A stretch of 64,000 nt of DNA from an uncultured virus (IMG/VR IMGVR_UViG_3300025132_006659) (taxonomy: Duplodnaviria; Heunggongvirae; Uroviricota; Caudoviricetes). Below are positions 1-8,354 of this stretch, in pieces. The stretch is from the IMG/VR virus record IMGVR_UViG_3300025132_006659; one strand, written 5' to 3'. Numbering within the stretch: the stretch's first letter is position 1; each line of letters opens with the position of its first letter. The position numbers and the translations under genes are program-made. The notes below the pieces were generated by a model. The model made no database searches. It was given only the letters and a program-made list of their open reading frames with translations, and had not been told where the DNA came from.

Positions 1-82
1 TGTGTCCGTCTTGTATGCCTTTCATATAAAGAGCGTGAGCAAGTTCCTCATAAGAAAGTTTAGTAAGTTCGTTTATGTTCAT
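1..82 (-). CDS. 5' part of a hypothetical protein (runs off the window)
   Basis: ATG at 82 with AGGAG Shine-Dalgarno upstream; open frame MNINELTKLSYEELAHALYMKGIQDGH to the edge. Confidence 0.6.
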   Translation of the reverse strand, partial: MNINELTKLSYEELAHALYMKGIQDGH

Positions 83-129
83 GTTATCTCCTTTGTACAT
101 TTATCCACTATCATATTGATTATTATTTG

Positions 130-1023
130 TCAAGTATTTTTATAATGTTTTCTTAGCTTCTCCAAACGCTCTAAGGATTTGTCGTAGTAATCCTTATCGA
201 ATTCACAGCCAACAAATTTTCTACCACACTTATCAGCCGCAATCATTGTTGAGCCAGAACCATTGAAAATATCTAGAACAACATCGCCTTCTTTTGTGTG
301 CGCCTTGATAATCCGCTCCATCAAGGGGATTGGCTTCTGCGTCGGATGCCAGCCAGCATACTCTGCTGAGGTCGTGTGGTTATTTTTGATCCACACATCA
401 GTTGGGATCTTGCCTTTGGATAGTTTTGTATCCTTCTTTACCAATTTGTCTAACTCATCCTTGTAAAGAGCCGGATCCATCTTATCGAAATTGTATTTTT
501 TCCAACTGTGATTGTCCGCTTCTTTGAACTCTGTGTTGCTTAGCTTTTTCTTGAGTAAGTTTATTTTCCTTGTTATGTTCATATTAGACTTTACTGCTCT
601 TTCTACAAGAATTTGGTCTGCGTAAAAATCAAACTTCTTTCCTTTAGAGTACATTAGCAAGTCCTCATGCTTTCTTGGGAACTTCTTTTTAGTTCTGCCG
701 CCCCAGTCGTAAGCCCAAATAATCCAGTTTTGATAGACCGCATCTTTTATGTTATTCAAGACGTTTAGCTTGTACCTCAAAAAAGTATCTTGCTTGGTCG
801 TACCCCAAACATAAAAACAACCACCAGTCTTCAAAACTCTAAAACATTCTTCGGTCCACTCTTTGCACCAATCCAAATATTCCTGTTCTGATTTCCACTG
901 ATTATCCCATGCGTCCTTTATTATTTCGAAATAAGGGGGATCCAAGACTACCAAATCTACCGAACTGTCTTCTAAGGATTTTAAAAAATCCATGCAGTCC
1001 ATGTGCTTTAAGACATGTTTCAT
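130..1023 (-). CDS. DNA methyltransferase (N6-adenine/N4-cytosine, beta class)
   Basis: DPPY catalytic motif near the N-terminus, HPTQKP, and VLDIFNGSGST SAM-binding motif near the C-terminus; start moved to ATG 1023, which has a GGAGG SD. Confidence 0.92.
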   Translation of the reverse strand: MKHVLKHMDCMDFLKSLEDSSVDLVVLDPPYFEIIKDAWDNQWKSEQEYLDWCKEWTEECFRVLKTGGCFYVWGTTKQDTFLRYKLNVLNNIKDAVYQNWIIWAYDWGGRTKKKFPRKHEDLLMYSKGKKFDFYADQILVERAVKSNMNITRKINLLKKKLSNTEFKEADNHSWKKYNFDKMDPALYKDELDKLVKKDTKLSKGKIPTDVWIKNNHTTSAEYAGWHPTQKPIPLMERIIKAHTKEGDVVLDIFNGSGSTMIAADKCGRKFVGCEFDKDYYDKSLERLEKLRKHYKNT

Positions 1024-1045
1024 TATTACCTCCAATGTATAATAC

Positions 1046-1074
1046 AGTATAACACATAAAGTTATTTCTGTCAA
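1046..1074 (-). promoter_or_regulatory. sigma70-type promoter for the methyltransferase
   Basis: TTGACA (1069-1074), 17 nt spacer, TATACT (1046-1051) on the minus strand. Confidence 0.85.
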
Positions 1075-1117
1075 GCAAATAATTTAGAAAAAAAACTAAC
1101 TATTTAGTTATAAAACG

Positions 1118-1789
1118 CTAGGACTTAAATTTTTTTAATCTTATTTGACCATCTTTAATCAAAGCATATGTTTGATGCTCGATCCAATCGCCAGTGTTAA
1201 CATATGTTTTGATTTTTTCGTTCTCATCTATCCAGATCACCGCCTCTGGTATGTGCGTGTGACCCATTATGAAAACGTCTGCTTCTTTATTCCATTTTAG
1301 AACATCCCAAATCCTGCGTAGTTTTCTTTTCTTTAGCTTTTGTTTAACCATCCATGAAGCCATGTCCCATTTTAGCCATCGTTCTAAGAAATCTTGAAAC
1401 ACCGAGATTATTTTCATGAAGAATCTCCATGTAACTATACCGGTATCAAATTGGTGCCCGTGCATTACCCTATACACCCTACCGGAGTAGGAGAACTCAT
1501 ATTTAGAAACAAATTTTACGCCTCCAATCGTTTCATTTTCAAATTCGGTAAGATTTATGTCATGGTTTCCAATAACATAGATTATTGGCTTGCCTTTGTT
1601 CTTCAAGGTTTCAATAAACTTTATTGTCTTCTTTGTAAATGTCGGCACTTTTATAAAATCAATGATGTCGCCTGCCAATATCAATTCATCAAATTCTATC
1701 TCATTGATCATTTTGCATAGTATCTCTTCTTTAGCATGCATGCTGCCCAAGTGTAAGTCAGAAATAACTAACCTAACGTAATCTTCCAT
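1118..1789 (-). CDS. calcineurin-like metallophosphoesterase, LpxH (UDP-2,3-diacylglucosamine hydrolase)-like
   Basis: SDLHLG, GDIID, GNHD, HGH, GHTH and NTGDW motifs; likely start MEDYV at 1789. Confidence 0.8.
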   Translation of the reverse strand: MEDYVRLVISDLHLGSMHAKEEILCKMINEIEFDELILAGDIIDFIKVPTFTKKTIKFIETLKNKGKPIIYVIGNHDINLTEFENETIGGVKFVSKYEFSYSGRVYRVMHGHQFDTGIVTWRFFMKIISVFQDFLERWLKWDMASWMVKQKLKKRKLRRIWDVLKWNKEADVFIMGHTHIPEAVIWIDENEKIKTYVNTGDWIEHQTYALIKDGQIRLKKFKS

Positions 1790-2051
1790 TCTTTCTCCTT
1801 TCCCAATCTGAAAACTTTTCAATTATTATATCAGGGATCTGTTCTATTGTTCCTGTCTTTGTCCAATAAATTACGTAATCAAAACACCTTACAGTCTCGT
1901 TATAGATAAAAAACTCATGTTCAATCTCGACTACTTCTAAAACAATACCAGTGTCCACATTCGCCATCTCCCACCCATTGCCGAAGTCATCGACGTTGTG
2001 TGACCTAATGCACACCAGATCGCCAACTAGAATATCTTTACAATAGCTCAA
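1773..2051 (-). CDS. hypothetical protein (small SH3/KOW-like beta protein)
   Basis: ORF track; VGDLV...GIVLEV pattern; overlaps the next gene. Confidence 0.6.
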   Translation of the reverse strand: MSYCKDILVGDLVCIRSHNVDDFGNGWEMANVDTGIVLEVVEIEHEFFIYNETVRCFDYVIYWTKTGTIEQIPDIIIEKFSDWERRKNGRLR

Positions 2052-2115
2052 GCAAAAATCCCCCTATACTCGTAACTAGTGGACTGTTTCAACTAGTTAC
2101 TGTCGGGGTAACAAA

Positions 2116-2280
2116 ATGTGGGTTATTATAGTGCTTGGGACTTTGATAGCTCTCTTTTCATTTATGATGATTAGCGATGCTATAGTCTATAGCAAGTATC
2201 CTATATCGGATCAATACTGGTTAACTGGTCTTGTCCTTATTGGGTTTCTTGCTGCTATGATTGGAATGATTCTTTCTTAG
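2116..2280 (+). CDS. 54-aa protein with two predicted transmembrane helices
   Basis: Translated by hand: MWVIIVLGTLIALFSFMMISDAIVYSKYPISDQYWLTGLVLIGFLAAMIGMILS; preceded by a plus-oriented CTAGTTA element. Confidence 0.65.
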   Translation: MWVIIVLGTLIALFSFMMISDAIVYSKYPISDQYWLTGLVLIGFLAAMIGMILS

Positions 2281-2364
2281 TTCCATCGTACCCCAGTCAC
2301 AGTCACATGGGGTACACTCACACCCCTCACAAAACTCACTCTCTTTGTTCTTCTGGTTCTTCAT
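2221..2364 (-). CDS. 47-aa Cys-rich micro-protein
   Basis: Translated by hand: MKNQKNKESEFCEGCECTPCDCDWGTMELRKNHSNHSSKKPNKDKTS; GGAG upstream. Confidence 0.5.
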   Translation of the reverse strand: MKNQKNKESEFCEGCECTPCDCDWGTMELRKNHSNHSSKKPNKDKTS

Positions 2365-2473
2365 GTGCGCTCTCCAACAATGCTATCCTCCACGACAAAG
2401 CATAAAGTCCAATAAAAATTATAAATTGAATCCCCACCAATGTCCAAAGTACAGTCTTAGGTAAACTTTTCAT
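2336..2473 (-). CDS. 45-aa single-pass membrane protein
   Basis: Translated by hand: MKSLPKTVLWTLVGIQFIIFIGLYALSWRIALLESAHEEPEEQRE; GGAG SD. Confidence 0.55.
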   Translation of the reverse strand: MKSLPKTVLWTLVGIQFIIFIGLYALSWRIALLESAHEEPEEQRE

Positions 2474-2483
2474 TCTAACTCCA

Positions 2484-2669
2484 TTATATATTAACTCGAA
2501 ATCTTTTTGCCAAACTAAACGGGACCTTTATTGTTGAAACATTGTAATTTGTACAATTATTCGTAATAAAAAAATGACCATCTGCGACATGAGAGCAATA
2601 ATACTTCCGCCCCTCTTGGAAAATAAAGAAGGATTCAACACAAATTATGGTTTGGCCATTGAAAAACAT
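2484..2669 (-). CDS. hypothetical protein
   Basis: ORF track; tightly packed in a minus-strand gene run. Confidence 0.5.
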   Translation of the reverse strand: MFFNGQTIICVESFFIFQEGRKYYCSHVADGHFFITNNCTNYNVSTIKVPFSLAKRFRVNI

Positions 2670-2672
2670 CTC

Positions 2673-2870
2673 TTAAGTAACTAGGGTAACTTCATGTTTA
2701 AATAAAAAAACAGTTATTCCGTTGGATTCAACCACGTAATCAAAGATATATTCTGAGCGGCTTGTAGGATACCCAATCACAATACCATAATCGCCCTCGT
2801 CAATCCTTTCGTGTCTAGAAAATCGAAAATTAATATTTATTATCACTAATGATCCTATCGGGACTATCAT
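2673..2870 (-). CDS. hypothetical protein (SH3/KOW-like)
   Basis: IGSLV...YGIVIG...FDYVV pattern like neighbouring small ORFs. Confidence 0.55.
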   Translation of the reverse strand: MIVPIGSLVIININFRFSRHERIDEGDYGIVIGYPTSRSEYIFDYVVESNGITVFLFKHEVTLVT

Positions 2871-3846
2871 AATATCCTATAACCTTGAGACCGTTTTCGG
2901 TTGCGATTTTAACTAGAACATCTTGATCATAAATATGCGTAGCTTCCAATAAAAATTTCAATTCAGTCTTCATATCTCCAGTGGAATATGGCTTATAAAC
3001 ATCGTGAATATTGTCTGACCCAATTGCAACAGTAAGGTCATATTCAATCAGTTCATCTACCGGCGTGATAGCATTATGAGTCGGTGTGTAAAGCTCGTTT
3101 CTTCTGGAGTCGATCCATGCGGTTGGGCACGTTATGAAAGACAAGCCTGCGTCTTTTGACATTTTATAAACTTCGTGTCTATAATCAATTGGGTGAGCAG
3201 CTAGACTTATAGAATGTACAGCAGTTACCTTACCCTCAAGACCGTGTTGCATGGTCTTTCTGGCTAGCAACTCTGTTTCTTTTTCAGAAGAAGTATTCAA
3301 CTGGTCTACGTGCACATGTACTCTTTTGTTATACTTTTTTGCCAAATCGAAAATAATATCGAGGTGGTTCGACTCTAAATCTTTGTCCGCTCCCGGCAAA
3401 GATCCAATCAAATCAACTTCACCAGTATCAAGTGCAATGTCCAAGAACACTCTCTCGTGCGGCTTTATGACTCCCTTTAGAGTCTGTGTCGCTATTTTGA
3501 AATCAAACCCAACAGACTTAGCATATTGCTTTGCCAAGATAGCTGCTCTGATTGATTTTAGCCCAACAACTGAGTCTACATCAACAAAGGACAAACAAGC
3601 AGTTGTGCCCATCGCCATCTGCTGGTCTATGGCTGTCTTTATATTTTTGCAAAAATCATTTATAAAGGAATTTTCTTTATATTCATCAACATAAAGCCAC
3701 TTATGATAGAGGTGGTCATAAACAATATCCTTCAAGTTATAAGGCGTTACTGTATAGGCTCGGTCTAAGTGCGAATGAGCATTAACAAATCCTCCTTTCT
3801 TGCTTATCTTTTCTAATAATTCATCCCATGGATTATAATAACTCAT
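2830..3846 (-). CDS. amidohydrolase-superfamily deaminase (cytosine deaminase CodA-like)
   Basis: FVNAHSHLD metal-binding HxH, HVHVD, TAVHSISL and AIGSDN motifs of CodA-type deaminases. Confidence 0.85.
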   Translation of the reverse strand: MSYYNPWDELLEKISKKGGFVNAHSHLDRAYTVTPYNLKDIVYDHLYHKWLYVDEYKENSFINDFCKNIKTAIDQQMAMGTTACLSFVDVDSVVGLKSIRAAILAKQYAKSVGFDFKIATQTLKGVIKPHERVFLDIALDTGEVDLIGSLPGADKDLESNHLDIIFDLAKKYNKRVHVHVDQLNTSSEKETELLARKTMQHGLEGKVTAVHSISLAAHPIDYRHEVYKMSKDAGLSFITCPTAWIDSRRNELYTPTHNAITPVDELIEYDLTVAIGSDNIHDVYKPYSTGDMKTELKFLLEATHIYDQDVLVKIATENGLKVIGYYDSPDRIISDNKY

Positions 3847-4033
3847 CTTTTCTCTCCTTAACTTTGTCCCAATTTTTTAGGATCTTTTTCCATGATTTCA
3901 TTGGCATCTTTACTTTTAGGTGACTATTTTTGCCTCCCTCTTCTTCCCATAGTTCAAATGAACATTCGGATAAATCATTTATCTCAAGGTAAACCATGCC
4001 CTTGGACTCTTTTATTTTTTGTTCTTTACTCAT
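3833..4033 (-). CDS. hypothetical protein
   Basis: ORF track; GGAGG SD; overlaps downstream gene. Confidence 0.65.
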   Translation of the reverse strand: MSKEQKIKESKGMVYLEINDLSECSFELWEEEGGKNSHLKVKMPMKSWKKILKNWDKVKERKDELL

Positions 4034-4042
4034 TGCACCTCC

Positions 4043-4678
4043 CTAAACGCTATATTTGAAAACTAAAAACAAAAATTCTTTGATAAGTTTATTTTTACAT
4101 TTGGTATCATCTCCGCACTCATACAGTCTCCAACTAAATGACAGCTTTTGTTTTTGCACCAATTTGTTAGTATCGTTAATTTCCTTTGTAATTAAGGAAT
4201 TTATTTTTTCATACCGTGTTGGTAATATATCATACTTTTCACAAATGTCAAGAAACTTAGCCCAGTTTTTTTTGTCGTAAGCAGAAGTAGCCTCTTTGAA
4301 ATCGTTAATTTTTTCAATCACTTCGTCACTCAACTCTTTATTAGAAAACTTATCAGGGTGTAATTTTTTTGCAATTATTCTATACATCCTATGGAAAACT
4401 TTATTTTTCTTCTTATCTTCTTCTTTTTCTTGATTGTGCTGTATTATTCCTGCTTCGTCTACATTCACTTGCTTTTTTGGAAAGATTGTACTCAGCCTCT
4501 CTTTGTTTTGTTTGTTAAGGTCATCTATTGGTACATCATTATTGTCGCAGTAATTTCTGTAATATATTTCGAATTCTAAGTGTGCGTCCTTCAATACTTC
4601 ATTGACGTACTCTAATTCCGAATAAGTGAACAATAATTCTTTCACTAACTTCTTATATCTCTTTACTGCGATTGACAT
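4043..4678 (-). CDS. J-domain (DnaJ-type) co-chaperone
   Basis: YRIIAKKLHPDK...FKEATSAYD: helix II, HPD motif and helix III of a J-domain. Confidence 0.8.
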   Translation of the reverse strand: MSIAVKRYKKLVKELLFTYSELEYVNEVLKDAHLEFEIYYRNYCDNNDVPIDDLNKQNKERLSTIFPKKQVNVDEAGIIQHNQEKEEDKKKNKVFHRMYRIIAKKLHPDKFSNKELSDEVIEKINDFKEATSAYDKKNWAKFLDICEKYDILPTRYEKINSLITKEINDTNKLVQKQKLSFSWRLYECGDDTKCKNKLIKEFLFLVFKYSV

Positions 4679-4685
4679 GCTATAA

Positions 4686-5597
4686 CTAGTCTCTATCTGT
4701 TGCTATTCTATTGAACTCTCTATAACTAAATAATTCTCTAGAAGGTCTTTTTATTGAATTGCCCAAAGGAGATGATAAAAACTTCCTATAGTTGTCCCAA
4801 TTGTCAATATCATAAAATTGTTCGATCTCTAAAACGCTGTCGTCGTTAGTCCTCGCACCGAAAAAAACATCCTTTAGTTCAAAAAATCTAGCGGACCACC
4901 TCTCTTCGATTGGCAATCTGCTCCTTGGTATTCCTCTGTGGTCTGTTTCTTTTGTCGAATATTGGCCTGTGCCTTTTCTGACGTTTCTGCGGTAAGTTAT
5001 AAATTCTTCCTTGCCAAATGTAAAGCTAGTGTATCGATTATCTTCGACTGTTTTGTTATTGCTTGAAATATAAAAATTTTTCTTACTTTTTATTGCTCTT
5101 CTATGATTCTTTAAGACTCTAGGATCGAAGATGCCGTAAGGAAAGGAAACATAATACTTATCTGGGTTTAGCCACTTTGAAATTCTACCGGAAGTCTTTA
5201 GTGAGGTTAGAGCGCCATGGATAACGGACCAAGATAGGCAGTCTCTCTTATCCCTATCCTTTGGGTGAATTGGAACCCAAAAAATTGGGATCCTTATTCT
5301 TCTGTCTTTCATGTGATTTTGATATTTATTATAAAAATGAATGGGGTCTTGGATGTAATCACCAATCCTATGTCTCACAATCGGTGCAATGTCATCATTA
5401 CAAACAATCCAAATGGTATCACAGCCAGCATGTGCAGCCTCCACTACCGCTGCCTCAATGATTGTGTAGTCACGGTAAACAGGGAGTAAAACATCTGGGT
5501 ATGGCATGTCGAAATCTAAAGGTTGGCCGGCAACCGGAATGATTCCTGCAAGGTGGAAATTTGCTTGTGACGAAAAAGTTTTTTCGCTGTATTCCAT
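4686..5597 (-). CDS. nucleotidyltransferase-like protein (GT-A / NTP_transferase fold)
   Basis: GIIPVAG...LLPV...IIEAAVVEAAHAGCDTIWIV N-terminus and a C-terminal FYDIDNWDNY, typical of sugar-phosphate nucleotidyltransferases. Confidence 0.65.
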   Translation of the reverse strand: MEYSEKTFSSQANFHLAGIIPVAGQPLDFDMPYPDVLLPVYRDYTIIEAAVVEAAHAGCDTIWIVCNDDIAPIVRHRIGDYIQDPIHFYNKYQNHMKDRRIRIPIFWVPIHPKDRDKRDCLSWSVIHGALTSLKTSGRISKWLNPDKYYVSFPYGIFDPRVLKNHRRAIKSKKNFYISSNNKTVEDNRYTSFTFGKEEFITYRRNVRKGTGQYSTKETDHRGIPRSRLPIEERWSARFFELKDVFFGARTNDDSVLEIEQFYDIDNWDNYRKFLSSPLGNSIKRPSRELFSYREFNRIATDRD

Positions 5598-6358
5598 AGA
5601 TTCTCCTTATCTGGTTCTATTAATAAAATTTCTTCAATCTTGTTTTTTGGACGGTAACGGTTTCTGAACTCTCTATAGGTGTGCTCAATCTTGAGGGAGT
5701 AATGAATTTGTTTGCCTCTCTTATCATAACCATTGCTCTGCCCTCGGATGCCGGCATCATGCATCATCTTGAGTACTTTGAGTCTTGCAATTCCCTCTGA
5801 ATGATCAACCTTAGCAGCCTCGGTTTTTGTAAGGTCAGATAAAGCTAACAAGTCCCTCATGTTCCGATTACCACCGATTCTGTTGGAGGTATAAAAATAA
5901 ATCTTATTAATAAAATCATTCCGCTCGTCTTTGATGAGCTCTAAACAATGATTGTTGCCAGAACGGACATTGAACCAGTCTAGCATTACAACTTCATCAA
6001 GTAGAATATTGTCGAAAAACACTAAATTTTCAGAATGAAAAAGGATTCTTCTATTTTTCTCGGTTATTACTGTGACCTCTTTTTCACCTGTTCTGTAAGA
6101 AGTCATAATGTTTGGGCAGACTAACAGATTGTTCATTGATAGTAGGAATGTTAACCTATCCCACATTTCCGATTTTCTTATTGTATCTTCGGGACTATAC
6201 CCTAGAAACCTCAGATTGGCGTGGTAATCAATTACTGCTACTTCTATTGGATAAAGAGGATCAACTAACAAAATATGCTTGTTTGATAGGTACGAGAACA
6301 ACAAACTTTCTAAAGAACCACCAACTATTAGCTCATCAAAAGAATACTCATTGATCAT
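5516..6358 (-). CDS. hypothetical protein with a degenerate Rossmann-like N-terminus
   Basis: FDELIVGGSLESLL resembles a beta1-alphaA dinucleotide-binding start but lacks the full GxGxxG. Confidence 0.55.
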   Translation of the reverse strand: MINEYSFDELIVGGSLESLLFSYLSNKHILLVDPLYPIEVAVIDYHANLRFLGYSPEDTIRKSEMWDRLTFLLSMNNLLVCPNIMTSYRTGEKEVTVITEKNRRILFHSENLVFFDNILLDEVVMLDWFNVRSGNNHCLELIKDERNDFINKIYFYTSNRIGGNRNMRDLLALSDLTKTEAAKVDHSEGIARLKVLKMMHDAGIRGQSNGYDKRGKQIHYSLKIEHTYREFRNRYRPKNKIEEILLIEPDKENLWNTAKKLFRHKQISTLQESFRLPANL

Positions 6359-7092
6359 TTTTTCCCCATAACTTTATTCATGATTTCTTCATAGGAAAGA
6401 CCAGCCATAGAAGAGAAGTGCTTATTTGTACTAGTGGCTGGTTGGTTTTGAATTTGCATTTCTTCCTTCGTCTCTGACATGAAATATAAACTTGCAATGT
6501 GTTCATCGCTAAGTTCCTTTGTTTGGGTGGGTGGCGGCAACCACTTGCTAATCAATGTCAAAATGTGAATTAGGTAGCTTTGACCTTTTGGATCTCTAAC
6601 AGTTCCTCCCATTCCCCAGTCATCAATGCTTGATCTGCCAAACATTGGCACACGAAAAGAAACATCAACCCCTCTATGCCCTGTCAATTCAACCGGAACC
6701 TGTACTGGGAATGATGGAATTCTAATTGTTCTATCTCTCAAAATAGAAATTAGTTGAGGGAGATCTGTTTGCAATGTCTCAACTTCTGCGGGGCTTAGCT
6801 GTTTTATAAAATATATCACTTTTTGTCTAGCAAACTCTAAGCCGCTTTCTGGTCTGTATATCTTTTTCTTCAGTCTTCGCTCCTCTTTTGTTCCATAAAT
6901 CGCCCAATGCAAATATCGGTACTTCATAAGGATATCTGGTCCGGTGTCTTTATAGCTTTGCGGATCGTCCATTGGATCAATTGATTTGAATAAGACTGTG
7001 CGCATCTTTATTCCCAAATCAATTCTATCTTGTTCTATATTTTCTTGACCTTCTGATAAAAAATTACGCCACTCATTTAGTATCTTTTTCAT
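6355..7092 (-). CDS. hypothetical protein with an MKKILNEWRNFLSE leader (possible internal head protein)
   Basis: ORF track; leader resembles that of 36084..38558. Confidence 0.65.
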   Translation of the reverse strand: MKKILNEWRNFLSEGQENIEQDRIDLGIKMRTVLFKSIDPMDDPQSYKDTGPDILMKYRYLHWAIYGTKEERRLKKKIYRPESGLEFARQKVIYFIKQLSPAEVETLQTDLPQLISILRDRTIRIPSFPVQVPVELTGHRGVDVSFRVPMFGRSSIDDWGMGGTVRDPKGQSYLIHILTLISKWLPPPTQTKELSDEHIASLYFMSETKEEMQIQNQPATSTNKHFSSMAGLSYEEIMNKVMGKK

Positions 7093-7318
7093 ATTTACTG
7101 TAGGCCTCCATAAACTCTTCTGGTATCATTTTAAATAGTTCACCATTGAGCAATACATCGTAAACTATATAGAAGGTTTCGTTCTCTGAGGATATCGGCG
7201 TAACTAAACTGTAGGGCTTGCTCACAATAATACCGACGGCTCCCTCGTAATGTGGAGTTATAAAAAACCCATACTGATTCAGAACGATTAGGTCACCCGG
7301 GTCAAATCTATCCGACAC
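7073..7318 (-). CDS. hypothetical protein (SH3/KOW-like)
   Basis: FDPGDLIV...GIIV...YDVL pattern. Confidence 0.6.
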   Translation of the reverse strand: MSDRFDPGDLIVLNQYGFFITPHYEGAVGIIVSKPYSLVTPISSENETFYIVYDVLLNGELFKMIPEEFMEAYSKYEKDTK

Positions 7319-8036
7319 CTCTTATGTTCCTATAACTCTGCACTGACACTGGCCATAAATCGTTTGCGATATCAAGGCAAGCTAGTGCTACTTTTTGGAT
7401 TTCCCATTGAGCACCCTCATGTGTGCGTAAATCAATAAACTTAAGCAAATTGTTAAGATTAACTGTTCCATAATACTCTGTATATAGACTTTGTGGCAAA
7501 ACTGCCCTTGCTTGCTCTCTGCACACCCCTGATTCGATCAATTTGTGAAATAGTTCAAGGCTCTTCATGTGATGGCTAATGATTGCATCTGAGGCATGAT
7601 AAGGGCTGGATGGAAGTGGTCCAGAAAAATTTGATGAAAGGCTTGGATTTATTAGTTCATCCGGGTTGGATGCTTGTCTATTAGATTCGTGTTGTGTCCT
7701 GAACTCTTTTGGCTCATAGAACCTCATGTCTTTGTCTGTGTATCTTCTTGAGATTTCATTGTAGCTCCACGTCCTATGGCGGTGATGCTGAGAACGAACA
7801 AAAAGAGGGACAGTAAATTTGAAAGTAACAAGATTATGCTCCAAGGTTGAGGTATGCCGATGCCTGATAAGGTAATTAATAAGTCGCTTGTCCCTCCTAT
7901 CCAAACTATCCCTTTGCACGCCAAAGCTAACCCGAGCACTGTTAACGACGGTAAGGTCACTGCCCATATGATCAATGTAGTCCACGCAACCAATGTCATC
8001 ATTGTATATTTTAATTGATTTTTCATATCCTATCAT
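7308..8036 (-). CDS. thyX: FAD-dependent thymidylate synthase
   Basis: HTSTLEH, RHRTWSYNEISRRY (RHRx7S motif), REQARAVLP, AQWEI; start at ATG 8036 behind GGAGG. Confidence 0.95.
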   Translation of the reverse strand: MIGYEKSIKIYNDDIGCVDYIDHMGSDLTVVNSARVSFGVQRDSLDRRDKRLINYLIRHRHTSTLEHNLVTFKFTVPLFVRSQHHRHRTWSYNEISRRYTDKDMRFYEPKEFRTQHESNRQASNPDELINPSLSSNFSGPLPSSPYHASDAIISHHMKSLELFHKLIESGVCREQARAVLPQSLYTEYYGTVNLNNLLKFIDLRTHEGAQWEIQKVALACLDIANDLWPVSVQSYRNIRGVG

Positions 8037-8325
8037 TGCTCCCTCCGTCGTATATCTTACCAAAAACATAGTTTTCCAATACTAAATAGAATGAAAGTTC
8101 ATCAAATTCAATCTTTTGCAACATGCTTCGGTCGACCAAGACGGAATCATTGCTGAATAGAACTCCGTTGAATTTTGAATCTTCGGAACACTCTATCACC
8201 TTTGCTCTCACATATGGAGACTTGGGCTTCTTATAATCTGTTGGTAGAACAACTAAACTCTTGTCCTCTTGCTTTTGTTCAATTAAATCGACAACTAAGT
8301 GTCTGTTGTATGGTTTAAAGTGCAT
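8023..8325 (-). CDS. groES: GroES/Cpn10-family co-chaperonin
   Basis: FKPYNRHLVV...SLVVLP...AKVI...YLVLENYVFG matches the GroES pattern; ATG 8325 with GGAGG. Confidence 0.8.
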   Translation of the reverse strand: MHFKPYNRHLVVDLIEQKQEDKSLVVLPTDYKKPKSPYVRAKVIECSEDSKFNGVLFSNDSVLVDRSMLQKIEFDELSFYLVLENYVFGKIYDGGSNDRI

Positions 8326-8354
8326 TTTTCCTCCTATTGTATTATACACACCGT

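Noticed and set aside
105..133. sigma70 promoter for the ORF at 82
   Set aside because: TTGACA is present but there is no acceptable -10 hexamer at 16-18 nt
1100..1106. Plus-oriented CTATTTA element
   Set aside because: Points antisense into the phosphoesterase gene with no ORF to serve; may be chance in AT-rich DNA, though an antisense RNA is not excluded
7724..8026. Overprinted hydrophobic ORF inside thyX
   Set aside because: Alternative frame of a conserved gene with no independent support
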